Assembly (NCBI GenBank): GCA_943704415.1
Contig: CALSCO010000533.1
Location: 1 to 43,673 of the forward strand
Source: Parvularia atlantis
Lineage: Eukaryota
Length of the DNA stretch: 43,673 nt
Direction: 5' to 3'
Part shown: positions 23,505 through 35,881 of the stretch, one piece after another
Numbering within the stretch: the stretch's first letter is position 1
Layout of the letters: each line of letters starts with the position of its first letter
The notes under the pieces: model-generated
The model's input: only the letters and a program-made list of their open reading frames with translations
What the model was told of the DNA's origin: nothing
The model's database searches: none
Translations under genes and position numbers: made by a program

Positions 23505-26500
23505 ATGGCCCTGCCGAGCGCGACAGGGCCGTTGATGCCCGGGCCTGGCGACCAGGCGACCATTTCCGCCACATCCGCATCCGCATCCGCCGGCGGCGCA
23601 TCATCTGCGTCTGTATCTGCCTCCCATGGGCTGAGCAGCATCCCCAGTGATCCGCGCCAGCGCACCCGATCGTCTGGGGCGACTGATAGCGCTGCCGGTG
23701 CATCCCGGTGGGGCATCGGCGCTCCGCAGCATCGCACGCCGCAGGCCAAGACCGCGCACTGGACCATCTTCAACAGCACGTCGTCGTCCTCCAGCACCAG
23801 CGGCGATGCGGCGCGCCAGCACAACCACAACGCGAACGGTTCCCGGCGTGAGCGAGCGCCGCAGCCCGCACCGCCGCTCAGCAGGGTCGCTGCCGCCCTG
23901 TCGCTGCTCAACCACAAGACAACGCCTGTTGTATCGTCACCCAAGCCAGCCTCTGTGCCAGTGCCTCTAGCGCAGGTCAAATCAGCCTCGGCCTCGGCGC
24001 CACCACCAACCAGCCTAGCCGTGGTGCCAACTCTTCCAGCGCCACCCGGGCCAGCCGCAGCGCCGACTCTTCCAGCATCACCCAGGCCAGCGGCAGCGGT
24101 AGCACCAGCATTACCGCCACCCAGGCCAGCTGCTGGACTACAAAACAAGCCGACAGCCATGCGCTCTTCGCTGAGCAAGAGTACTTTGCGCGCGAGGTCC
24201 CGTTCGCGCTCCCGATCACCCTCGCCACCGCGCAACGGGATCGCGGCAGTCAAGCCCGGCCCCCGCTCGCGATCACGGTCGCGCTCGCCGCGCTGGCGCA
24301 GCCGATCACCTGCATCGTCACGCCGCCGTCTGCGTCGCTCCGTCTCGCCCATCGACTTCGCCCGGCGTCGCAGCGCCAGCCTACGCCGACGCAAGCCACG
24401 CTCGCGGTCGCGCTCGCGCAGCCCAAGCCCGCCCCGACGAGGCCGAGGCCGTACATCTCCAGCCACGCGGCGCCCTCGGTCTCTTTCGCGCTCGCGCTCG
24501 CCCCTGCGTTCGAGCTCGCGGTCGAGGTCTCGCTCGCGGTCTCGGTCCCGGTCGAGGTCGTCGCTGTCACCGTCTCGCCCTGCCCGCAGCTACCGGCGCA
24601 ACCGGTCACCGCCCAGCAGGCGCTGCGTGCGCTCGTCGTCGCGCTCGCCGGGCCGTACCCGCTCGCGCAGCCGGTCGCGTTCGTCGTCACCGCGGTCGCA
24701 CTCGCGCTCGGACTCGCGCACCAGCAGCAGCAGTCGCTTCAGCCTCGCCGTCGCCGCTGCGCGCGCCCAAGACAAGATCGACACGCGCTATCAGCGCAAG
24801 GTGAAGAAACTGCAGGACGCCTCGCCCAACGAGACTCTGGCAGCGCGCGGCGGCGTGGCGGCAGCGGCCGCACCCAAGGGCTCATCCGTCGCGTTCTGGC
24901 CCGGCTTGGCGCCTGACATCGTCCACCCTGCGCGGTTGCGGCAACCAATCGACCTGCGCTTGCGGCACCGTCTGCCCCCGCCCTCGCCACCGCGCTTGCT
25001 TCCCCTGACCATCACACCAAACATCCTCGCGTCGCTGCAACTGCTTCGCGACAACGTGACACACCACGTCTGCACGCCCGCCAAGACCAAGCTGACCGAG
25101 CTTCTGCTGCCGCGCTTGGACGTTGCCAAGATGTCGATAAACGATCCTGGTGCGTGCGGTCGGCGCGCACCGCTGCGATGCGCGCATGCTAACGGTCAGC
25201 GCAGTCCTGCAGAGCCGGATCGTGCTCGCGCGCAACCAGATCATGCTGGTCACCAGTATGACGCAGCACGGGCTGCCGGCGCCCGTGCGCATCTGGCTCA
25301 AGCGCGCCATGTTTAAGCACGAGCCGCTGTCCGCGCCACTGGGCAGCGCGATGCAGTCGCTGTTGGATGACCCGTCGCAGCTGAAGGACGAGTCGGAGCT
25401 GCTCAAGAGTATGATGGACACGATGACGCAGACGAGCAGCGAGCCGATGGACGATGCCACGATCGCCAAGATTGTCGAGCTGCAGCGCGCAGACGAAAGC
25501 GACCGCAGCGAAGCGGTGCAGGCGTCTGGGCCTGAGATGCATGTCATCAGCGACGATTCGGACGCGGCGGACAGCTCCAGCCCCAGCACAATGACGACTG
25601 CGGCCAGCGCGACCACTGCCGGTGGCGCTGCAAGCGCGCCGTTGATGTTCGACGACATCAGCGACGACGACACGCCTTCCGGCGTCCAGCCTGCGCCGGC
25701 CATCGCGCTGGCACCCGTCGAGGTGGAGGCGATCAGCGACGACGAGCTGCCGCCGCTCGAAGTCGCGATGCAGTCGACGCCGTCCAGGCCATCCCCTTCC
25801 ACAGCGACCAGGACCGCCCCTCAGGCTGCCTCTGCGGCGGCCAAGCAGCCGCCTACAGCTGCAGCACCCGCCGCAGCGCCTGCACCTGCCGCGGTCGAGA
25901 AGAGCCCAAAGGTCGTGGTCTGCTCCGAGAGCGCTACGACTGTGCGCACGCGGCGGCGCGTCTTGGCCATGACAAGCATGGACGATGTTTCGGTCTCGCA
26001 GAAGTTGAGCACCGCGAATACCTTGCCGACGGCGACCGCAGACTCGCCCACGGACGCGCACGATCGCCAGGCTGCGTCGGCGTTTTCTGACTGGGTCCGC
26101 GATGAGGACACTTTGTCACGCATGTGGACGGCCGGCAAGAGCACTGCCAGCGCAGGCGGCGACACGGAACCGGCGCCTTCTTCCGCGACGGACAGCGAAA
26201 TGGTTGCCGCTGTCACAAGCAGCCAGTTCTCGACCGGCCTGCCCGTTAAGAGCGTCCGCAAGGCCGCCGTGTCGGCTACGATTAAGTCGCAGCTGCTCAT
26301 CTTGTCAGCGGCGCGCGCGCCGCGGTCTGCGCGCGTCAGCCACAGGGGCGGGGGCCGCAGCGGCGGTCGGCAGGCGCCTGCAGACGACTCGCCAGCGGGC
26401 GACGGCGAGACAAAACAGTCAAACGCGTCAGCCGCCGTGAAGCCTCAGCAGCCGGAGCCAGCGCCTGAGCAGCAGACTCCCAGCAGCGACAAGGACTCGG

Positions 26501-29500
26501 AGCTGGTGACGGCACCGCCTGCACCGCCGCAGCCCACGCCAACTGCGGCCGCGCTGCCGTCGCTCAGCACGCCGCCGCCCAAGCTTGGCGTCATCGCCGA
26601 GCCAAGCAGCGACAGGGACTTTGGCGCGTTGACCGACATGAGGCGCACGAGGACGCACACAGGGACGGAGCTGCCCGGGGACGTGACGCAGATGCTGCAC
26701 GTGCTCAAGAGCGTGTTGAGTTTGCAAGAGTCGCAGCAGGTAACGGCCGCCGAGGTCGCGCTGCCAGACGAGCTTGACGCGCTCACGTTCCCGCAACTCT
26801 TCGTGCGGTGCCGGCGCGGGCTGTACGACACGGCCGCCGCGGTGCATCACGACGTCGTGCGCCTGATGGAGACGCTGTTCAACGGCCTCGCGCCTGCGTC
26901 GGACACCTACGCCGCGGCTGTGGTGCGCACGGCACTGCGCTGGCTCCGGCCGTGACTGACCACGGGAGGCCCGCGTGTAGCTGCTCATGCGCGAGTACGC
27001 TCGCTCGCTCACCCAGAGCGCGTTGGCGCCCCTGCTGCTCAAGGAGGCCCTGCCGAACGTGTACAAGCCGCTGCCGAGCAAGTCGCGCGCGCTGACGGAG
27101 GAGTGCGTCCTGCTGGCGGCGCGCGGTCAGCTCGAGCCGTGCGTGCTGACACGGCTCGCCGCTGCAAAGGGAGGAGAACAACCTGTTGCTGACGATGGAC
27201 CAGGACCGCGAGGTCGACGGCATGCGCTACATCTTCTACGAGATGCTCACGTACGGCGCGATGCGCATGTTCTTCACGTCGCAGCCCGGCTACCCGCCGA
27301 CACGTCAGCATCTGCAGGTGTGCGGCGTGCCTGTGTGCCTGACGGTGTGCTGGCGGCCCGGCTGACGCGCACGTCAGCTCATCGGCCTGCATCTCAAGTA
27401 CCCGTTCAAGTACGGCTACACGGAGGTCAAGCACTTTGCGCGCGAGCTCGTCTTCACGCTGGCGGTGTGGCGCGCACACTTTGCGGCAGTGTCAGTCGAG
27501 GGGCGCGCGGTCACGGACGCGAAGGGCCACTTCACCGGCATCATCCAGGCGCTGATGGAGAAGCCGCTGCTGGCGCTGAGCGACCAGCGTCTGCGCCCGT
27601 ACACGACGCGCGACGGCATGCGCAACCCGACGGACACCATGCGGTCGCTGGGCGTGCTCGGCGAGGACGAGATGCTCGAGAACCTGAGCCGCTATCAGGC
27701 CGACCTGTCGTTCCCGCGCATCATGCTCAGCTACGCGAACGACCCGATGCCGAACCTGCTCGAGAGCGTGCGCGCGGCCCACGCCGAGTCGGCGTTGCCA
27801 CGGCGCACCAACAGCAAGAGCGCGAGCAAGCGGCCGCATGCCGACGTCACACCCGCGCTCGAGGCCGCCGTGTCGTCGGTGATTGACGAGAACTTTGAGC
27901 TGGACCTGACGAACGTGCACGGGCCACCGTCTGCGGGTGCGAACGAGCGCAGCAGCAGCAGTAGTAACGGCAACGGCAACGGCAATGGCAACAGCAACAG
28001 CGGTAAGCAGGCCGAGCGCGAGGGCGAGTTGCACGCCAAGAAGAAGGCGCGCAAGGCGAGCGGCAGCGGTCGGGCACCGGCGCCCGCGGCCCCCGCGCCC
28101 GCGAGCCCGCAGTCGTCTCTTGCGGTGCAGGCAGTCAACGACGATGATGCCAGCGCGGGCCGAGCGGCCGCGAGCAACATTAAGTGCACCTATTGCCACA
28201 AGGTCCTGGGCCACAATCGACACAACAACACGATCGTGAACGGCGTGCACCACAAGGTCTGCGGCTCGTGCTGGTACCGGGACAAGGAGCAAGGCGGGGC
28301 TAGCAGGCACGTGCACAAGCAGCGCGGGTCGTCATCGGGGCGTGGGGCACCCGCGGCAGTGCAAGGCGTTGAGCTTCTTCTGTCTAGCAGCCCACCTTCC
28401 GCCGCCAATCTTCCAGCAGCGTCGTCGCCCCTCACGGCCGAGGCGACACCCAAGCCGCCGCGCTTCGTCAAGGCCGCGAGCTCGCCCGTGGTGGCCGCTG
28501 CTTCGCGCGCGCCTGAACCCGAGACCCTCGCGCACGAGGCGCCGCCGCTGGGCGCGGCGCTGTCGAGCACGACGCCGCTGGTGTGGACGATCGATGGGAA
28601 CGTGCTGATCGAGTGCCAGCTGCCATCGCGGCTGGGCAACAAGCTACGGTTCCTGCCGTGCGTGTATCAGCTCGTCCGTGCGCACGGGGGAGCGGTTGTG
28701 CTGACTTGTATCGCGCGACGCAGCGCGACCACGTCACGCGCATCATCGACACCGGCAGGCTCAGCCTCGCCGACACGGCCGACCGCGCCGACCGTGAAGC
28801 CGTCACTGTCGGAGCTACAACTCGTGTGGGCACGCATCGACGTGGCCAAGGGCGTGCTCCTGCCGGCATTTGTGTGGGGCTCGGACGAGCACGAGAGCGC
28901 GTTCTTCTCGCGACGGTCGGACGGGTGCGAGACGCCGAGGCGTGCGCATCGCAGCGCTGACCGCCGCGTCTCGGGGCGGCAGGCTGGAGCAGTACTTTGT
29001 GCGCGAGGTCGCCGAGCCGCACCGAACGGCGTGGGTGCCCAACGTGCCGGCGGCGCTGCAAGAGTTTAGCAGCCGAGACCAGCTGCTCCTGTGCAACCCC
29101 AACGTGACGCTGACAGAGGCGCACGAGCAGGCGGCGGACATAGTATGCGCACGTGTACGCGTTTTCTTTCTCGGCTTGCCGTCTGACTGGTAGCGATTGC
29201 AGGCGCAGCAGATCTTTGACCGGGAGCTGACGGCGCTGTGCGCTGTTTGCCACGACAGCGTGAACGACTCGCCCCCGTACTCGATCTGCGGCCAGTGCGG
29301 GCTCATGTGCGTTTGGCAGGATGCGCGCGTGTGCGGGGCGGTATTATGACCGCGCGTGGCGACAGGGTCGACGTGCCGCGCGTGGCGGCGGTACACGAGG
29401 CATGCCGCCCGCCCAGGGCCGACGAGGACGCGAGCGAGCCGTGGCTGTGCGCGTTCCATACGTATCACTCGACGCTGCCGCTGCCGGAGGACTACATGGA

Positions 29501-30894
29501 CTTTACGCCGGGCGGTGCGTGGTTGAACTGTGCTTGTGTGCTGCTGCGCGGGCTAAGTGCGGGTGTCGTGTACGCAGACGACACCGTTGCCGTGAGCTTG
29601 TCTGGCATGAACGTGGCCGTAGCGGCGCGCGATCGACCTTGGAACGCCGAGGCCGAGCGGCGTACTGAGCGCGCCGAGGCCGAGCGGCGTGCAGAGGCAG
29701 AGCAGCGTGCGGAGGCGGAGCGCCGTGCGGAGGCCGAGCATGCCGAGGCAGTGCGGCGCGCAGCGGCTTTGCGCGTGGAAACCGAGCGCATCCAGGCCTT
29801 GCGAGTGGCGGCCTTGCGCGCAGCAGCCGTGGGTGCCAACGCCGAGCGCGCAGCAGCCGAGAAGGAACAGGCCAGCATCCAGCCGCCAGCTGACGACGAC
29901 GTTGAGGACGAGGACGACGCAGAGGACGAGAGCCTAGACATGTCGACCGAGATGGCCTTGCCGCTGCCGGCAGGCGCTGTGCCGGCAGTGAGCGCGACGG
30001 TGAGCCAGGAGGCGCAGCTGAACCTTCAGAAGGTCACTGAGCAGCTGCCGTTGGAGACGAAGGTGCGCAGCGCGCCTCTCTGCATGACGCACGCTGACCG
30101 ATGCGGCCAGGCCATTTACCTCATGTGCATTGCCAAGGACGACGAGCTGGCGCGGCTGTGGGAGGACATTGTGCAGCTTCGCCAGCAGCTGTCGATGGGT
30201 GCGCGGCGCAAGCGTGGTCGGCGCCTCGTGCTGATTGGGACGTTCAGGGCGGCCAGACCAGATGGTCGTGAAGACCGTCATTGGTGCGCATGCGTTTGTG
30301 CGCTCGTTTCTGCCAGGAAACTGACGACTCGGATGCGTGCAGGCGATATCATGTGCAACGCGATCGTGCAGGACAAGCTCGCGAGGGTGCAGCGCTTCGT
30401 GATGAAGCTGTCGAAACCGACCAACCTTGGCAAGACGCTGATGGAACTGCGGGCGGGGATAGTGTGCGTCGACCACGTGTGCCGCGAGACCCGCCGTGGC
30501 TGATTGCACTCGTGCGAAGCCTGGACGACGACCAGACGACGTTCGTGGCGCAGTCGCTCGCACGCGCCCAGCTGCTCCGCGTGAGTCACCCCAGTCAGCT
30601 GATGACGCACCGGCAAGTGCGCTGGCAGGTGCGCGGCCGCCCCCGTGGTCGTGCCTCCGCTGATTCGGCCGTCGCCAGCGCGTTGAGCAGGTTGACAGCG
30701 CCTCGCTTGAGACGATCGGGGAGACGCTCCAGCTGGCTATGTCGATGGGCCACAATGCTGTGCTCTCTGAGCTCGGGCTCGCCGGGCCAGCGCAGCCCGC
30801 GGTGCCAGCACAGCCAGCACAGCCAGCACAGCCAGCGGCGCATTCAGCACAGCCAGCGCAGCCCGTGGCGCAGCCGAGCACTGCCCCATTGTAG
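23505..30894 (+). CDS. Large nuclear protein with an RS-rich region, two degenerate bromodomain-like segments, a C4 Zn finger, PWWP-like and PHD-like domains, and a charged helical repeat; 5' end uncertain (may extend to ~23283)
   Basis: RS dipeptide tract at ~24190-24730. Bromo-like segments LTFPQLFVRCRRGLYDTAAAVHHDVVRLMETLF..PASDTYAAAVLL (~26780-27010) and HLQLIGLHLKYPFKYGYTEVKHFARELVF (~27310-27480). Zn finger CTYC-x21-CGSC (28185-28271). PWWP-like LQLVWARID..LPAFV..YFVREV..TAWVP. PHD-like CAVC..CGQC..HEAC..WLCAFH. The frame continues across ~13 introns to TAG 30892-30894. Confidence 0.7.
29646..29760 (+). repeat. Coding degenerate 18-bp tandem repeat (AEAERR)n, likely a coiled coil or single alpha-helix
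   Basis: AEAERRTERAEAERRAEAEQRAEAERRAEAEHAEAVRR in the reading frame of the gene. Confidence 0.75.
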
Positions 30895-31079
30895 ACGTAA
30901 CAGACGCACTAGTTTTCATACGCCGCGCTCTCGTGGTCACACACAGCTCCCAGACGGATGGGCGGGGCGCGAGGAGACGGGAAGAAAGGGGGAGAAAACA
31001 CAGGGACAACGGAGGGACGGCCACAAAAAGAGGACAGGGTCAGAGGAGAGAGGCGCGCGCGAACGGCCGGCGCGCACAC

Positions 31080-31875
31080 TCACTCGATCACGCACTTGGC
31101 CTGCTGGGCCGACGTGTTGAGGATGAGGGCGACGATGAGGCCGTAGAGACCCAGCACCTCGGCGAAAATAAGAATGAGAATCATGCCGACGAAGAGCTTT
31201 GGTTGCTGCGGGCGCGCAGCGAGGGATCGGTCGCGTGAGCACGCCGGCGCCGCGGACCGCACGGCGATGCGCACCTGGGCCGTGCCGCGCACACCGGCGT
31301 CACCGACGATGCCGACAGCGAAGCCGGCGGCGAGACCGGCAAGGCCGACGCTGAGGCCGGCGCCGAGGTGGATGAAGCCGCTGCGATCGCGCGAGGCGTG
31401 AGCCACCCCACCCAGGACACACGCACGCACAAGCAGCACGCACGCGAAGAGCGGGTACTGGGCAAAGTTGAGGCCGCCGTTGATGAGCACGCCGACGACG
31501 AGGCCGTAGATGGCGATGATACCCGCCTGCGACGGGGCGCGTCGTGCACGTGTCAGGTGTGTGTCAGGTGCGCGCGGGCGGGAGGGCGGCCGGCACCATG
31601 ATCACGGGCACGACCGACTTCATGATCAGCTCGGGCCGCATGATGCCCATCGCCATGATGCCCACGCCCGACTTGGCCGTGCCGTACGCGGCGCCGAGGC
31701 CTGTTGCGCGGCGCGGTTTTGCGCGCCGGCGCCGCGTCGTGAGCGGGGCGGGAGGGGGCCGGCGCACGGGGTCACGCGCGGGCGCACAGGTGAAGACGAC
31801 CGCGCTCGTCACGCCCATCACGCCGAAGAACGGCGCGTACGCCGGGCAGAGCTCGTTGGGCAGGACGACCGACAT
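31080..31875 (-). CDS. ATP6V0C: V-type H+-ATPase 16-kDa proteolipid subunit c; 4 introns
   Basis: [97 protein letters not shown]; the essential Glu is present. Confidence 0.98.
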
Positions 31876-32153
31876 TGTGCTGGACGGGTGTGCGGCGGGC
31901 GACGCGAGGCGGGTGGGCGGGATGGCGCGCTGCGGCGTGACGTGAGCGCCGCGCCGGGTGATGGCTCCTCGGCGCCACGCGGCGGCAGCAGGGAAAAGCA
32001 GCGGGACCAAAAAAAAAAACGAACCAGCACGAAAAATGCGCCGCTCTCCGCGTCCACGCGCCCGCAGCAGCAAGCAAGCAGCGCAGGCGGCAGCGCAGCG
32101 CAGGCGGAGGGAGCGAGCGACGGGACGGGAAGAGGGTCATGCGGCCGCGCTTG

Positions 32154-32358
32154 CCGTTCAGAACGGGTTTATCCGTGCCAGAAACTAGCCATTGCTTGCA
32201 TCACAGCCAGGCGACAGCTGTGGACGCGCGGCATTGACCCGTTTCAGATATGCGTATTTGGCCGTTTCGGGGTAATTGAAGTCGTCCACGCTGCATGCGC
32301 ACCTAGGATGGCTGTGTGCGCAGAACGTAGCAAACGGAGGCCATCGTGGGTTTCGCGC
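32154..32358. promoter_or_regulatory. Candidate promoter motif cluster: five AACGG/CCGTT Myb-core sites and one TTTCGCGC
   Basis: CCGTT/AACGG at 32154, 32162, 32239, 32262 and 32333; TTTCGCGC at 32351-32358. All lie in the divergent spacer between the V-ATPase c and CaMKK genes. Confidence 0.35.
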
Positions 32359-32359
32359 A

Positions 32360-34192
32360 ATGGCAGACACGGGCGTCGCGTTCCCGGCTGTCCAGGCGCG
32401 TCGCGTCTCACACACGGCGCGTGGCGTGGCTGGCCCCGCTCAACGCGCGGCGGCGGCGGCGGCGGCAGGGCGACGCGTTCCGCCCCGTGCGGCAGACGGC
32501 GCAGGTCGAGACGCTCGAGGGCGAGCGCGTGAACCAGTACACGATCAAGAACGAGCTGGGCAAGGGCGCGTACGCGACCGTGTACCGCGTGTGCAACGAC
32601 GACACGCACGAGATCTTTGTGGCGTTTTGCGCGGATCCCGCGCGCGGCGTGCTCATCGCCACGTGCACTGCCCCCGCCTCGCAGGCCATGAAGGAGATCG
32701 ACAAGAACAAGATCCGCCGCAAGTCGATGTCGTTTGCGCGCCGCCCGCCCGCACGGCCCGGGCCGCCTGCCGCGCGCGGCACCGGCGCCTCGCCCGCCGC
32801 GCTGACTGGTGCGACGCGGCCTGCCCCGTTGCCATGCCGCCGGTTTTATGACGCGTTTTGTGACAGCGGCCGACCCGTTGGAGGGCATCAACCGCGAGGT
32901 CGCGATCATGAAGCAGCTGCGGCACGTCAACGTCCTGCGCCTCGTCGAAGTGCTCGACAACAACGACTCGGAGTACCTGTACATGGGTGCGTGTGGCATC
33001 GTGCTGCTCCTGCGCATCGGCTGACGGGCGCGCACACGTGGGCACAGTGCTTGAGTTTGCAGAGCGCGGCGCGGTGATGAAGATCGCGAGCTGCTTCGAC
33101 GTGGTCACGCCGCTGCCGGGCGACATCTGCCGCGTCTACTTCCGCGACTTTGTGCTCGGGCTCGAGTACCGTGCGTGCGCACGATCGCGCTGCCCGTCAT
33201 CGCGCTCACGCTGGGGGCGCGCCAGTGCACGAGCAGGAGATTGTCCACCGCGACCTCAAGCCCGAGAACCTGCTTATCGCGGCCGACGGCCGGCTCAAGA
33301 TCGCCGACTTTGGCGTGTCGCAGGTGCGCCGTTGCGCTGTGGTCGTGCGGCAGGCTGACATGCGACGCGCGCACAGACGGGCGACCGCTTCCGCAGCGGC
33401 GCCGGCAGCCCCGCGTTTATGGCGCCCGAGACGCTCGGCATCAAGGGTGCGCCGAGTGCAGCCACGGCACGGCGGCGGACGCTCACGCGGCTGCGCAGAC
33501 GCGTCGACGTCGTTCTCGGCCAAGAAGGCCGACATCTGGTCCGCGGGCGTGTGCCTGTACTGCTTCGCGGTCGGCCACGTGCCGTTCCAGAGCAACGACC
33601 AGCTCGAGCTGTTCCGGCTGATCCGCGAGAACGAGTGCGTACGCGCCGGCTGCTCATCGCGCGTGCGCGCGTGCGCGCTCACGCCTTGTCGACGCGCGCA
33701 GGCCGCAGTACCCGGCCAACCTCGACCCTGAGCTGCGCGCGCTCATCGGCCGCATGCTCGTCAAGAACCCGGACAAGAGAACATCGCTGGCCGAGATCAA
33801 AGTGCGCTGCCGCTCGACGGTGTGCATGCACGCGGGGTCTGAGCGTGCACGTGCGCCGCGCCGCAGCTGGACCGGTGGGTGACCGAGCACGGCAAGGTCG
33901 TGCTGCCGACGGTCGAGGAGCACTGCCGGTCCAAGGTCAACCTCATTCCGACCGAGGAGGAGATCCTCAACGCGATCACGCGCATCTCGTCGTTCTCGGC
34001 GATGATGTCGGCGGTGCGCGGCGCGCTCGTGCGATGCACGGCCCGTGCTGAGGCCAGCCGCGGCGCCAGCTCCGCGCGGCCAAGAAGCTCAAGGGCTTCA
34101 TGGCGCTCAAGCGCAACCAGACCAGCCCCGGGCCCGACCACGACGTCGAGCCGGTCGAGAGCATCGCCGTCTCGGTCATGATGACGCTCTGA
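32360..34192 (+). CDS. Ca2+/calmodulin-dependent protein kinase kinase (CaMKK/Ssp1-like); 10 introns, first probably GC-AG (32396-32468)
   Basis: VNQYTIKNELGKGAYATV, AMKEI, an Arg/Pro-rich insert between subdomains II and III (a CaMKK hallmark), REVAIMKQLRHVNV, HRDLKPENLL, DFGVS, GSPAFMAPE, ADIWSAGV, and a C-terminal PTEEEILNAITRISSF..LRAAKKLK CaM-binding-like helix. TGA at 34190-34192. Confidence 0.92.
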
Positions 34193-34259
34193 GCACCTCA
34201 CTTCACCCCACTTGTTGCGGCCGCTATCGATCCGTTCCTTGAGTGCATCAACCAGTCAA

Positions 34260-35625
34260 TCACTCGTCCAGCAGCTCGGCCAGCTCGGCCTCCTCTTCGG
34301 CCGTGAGCTCGCCCGCGCCCTGCGGCGTCTGCTGCGGCGACGCGTTGTCCTTGTCGGGCGCTGCGGTGTGCACGCGTCGTGGTGAGCGAGCCGCGTGGGC
34401 AGGCAGCGTGGCGCACCGTCGAGGTCCCAGAAGCGCACGGTGCAGTCGAGCGAGCCCGAGATGATGCGGCGCCCACGCACGACCAGGCTCGTGACCTCGT
34501 CAAAGTGGCCCTCGATGCGCCGCACGGCCGCACCCGTCTGGAGACTCCACACCGTCACGGTCTCGTCGCGCCCGCCCGTCACCAGGTGCAGCCCGCTCAC
34601 GCCCGCGCCGGGGCACGTCGCGCACGTCTTGACCCAGTCGTCGTGCTCGAAGACGGCGACGTCCTTGCCGGTCTGCGCGCGCGTGCGCGCGTGCGTGCCG
34701 TGCCATGAGCCGTCGTCGTGCTCGTTGCGGCGCGGGCGCAATCAGCACACCGCGAGGTCCCAGCGGCGCGCCGTCTTGTCGGCCGAGACCGAGAACAGCG
34801 CGACGACGCCCTCGGCCTCGTCGAGCGCAAAGTGCAGCGCGAAGACGGTCGTGGCGTGGCCGAGCAGCTGCTGCACGGCCTCGTCGGGCGCGCGCTCGTC
34901 CCAGCGGCGGATCGACCCGTCCGACCCGGCGCTGAAGATCTGTGCGCGCGCCGCCGCCGTCGCCGTCACGTCGTTGTCACCTCGGCGGCACGTCGGCGGC
35001 ACGTCGGCGCACCTCGCCCGCGTGCACTGCGACGTGCTCGACCGGGCGCGTGTGCCCGCGCAGCACCGTCTCGGCGCGCCCGCTGCGCACGTCCCACACG
35101 CGCAGCGTCCGATCCGAGCTCGCCGTCACGACGGTGCCGCGCCGCGCCCCCGCCGCCACGCCCTTGACAAAGTCGCCGTGGCCCGTGAGGCGCTGCACGA
35201 CGCGCGCCGGCGCCGTGCCGACGTCCCAGACGGCCGCCGTCTTGTCCCACGAGCCCGTGACGAGCGCGGCATCGCCGTCGAGCAGCGCGACCGCCGTGAC
35301 CGGCCCGTGGTGCACGCCGCCGCCCAACGTCGCCGCCACGCGCCGCGCGCCGCCGTCGATCCGCGCCGCCGCGAAGCCCGACGTCGCCGCCCAGAGCGCC
35401 CCGTCGCCGCCGCCCGCCGCGGCCAGCGCCAGCACCTTGCTCTTGAGCTGCACAGGGCGGCCGCGCGTGAAGTTGGTGCGCTGCCGTGTGCACGGAGGTC
35501 GCGGTCAGTGCGCGAATGCGCACGGCCAGCGCGGGCGACAACGACGCGACCTCGGCACGCCGCCGGCGCACGTCCAGGTCGCGGTCCGACTGGAAGAAGG
35601 CGTCGACGTCGTCCGTCACCGACAT
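34260..35625 (-). CDS. WD40-repeat beta-propeller protein with an acidic C-terminal helix (ELTAEEEAELAELLDE); 4 introns
   Basis: Repeated GH...WD units: TGSWDKTAAVWD, GHGDFVKGV..TASSDRTLRVWD, SAGSDGSIRRWD, SVSADKTARRWD, TGGRDETVTVWS, SGSLDCTVRFWD. Confidence 0.9.
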
Positions 35626-35786
35626 CCGAGTCTGAAGCGAACGCTCTGCGTCCTTGACAGGCTCGGAGAAGGCTGCCACCTACCAACGTCACGGTGCTAG
35701 CAGCTTGGGCTCAGTCTTGGCGCCGGCACTGGGGCTGCTGGACGTTGTCGTAGGCGGGGCGGATGCGGCGTGGACGTCTCACTTGC

Positions 35787-35837
35787 GCTTCACTCGTGCT
35801 TCACTCGTGCTTCACTCGTGCTTCACTCGTGCTTCAC
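35787..35837. repeat. Perfect 11-bp tandem repeat (GCTTCACTCGT)x4 plus a 7-bp partial copy, intergenic
   Basis: Units start at 35787, 35798, 35809, 35820 and 35831 (partial); there are no spacers. Confidence 0.95.
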
Positions 35838-35881
35838 CGCTGTCGCGACCGAAACAACGAAAGTAGCACAACACCGTGACC

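Noticed and set aside
30580..30629. Extra intron starting at GTGAGT (30581) in the RS-rich gene
   Set aside because: The frame is kept without it (LLRVSHPSQLMTHRQVRWQ|RVEQ), whereas using it with the nearest CAG leads into the wrong frame. This shows GTGAGT is not always a donor in this genome.
35787..35837. Possible CRISPR array
   Set aside because: The 11-bp units are directly adjacent with no spacers, there are no cas genes, and the context is eukaryotic.
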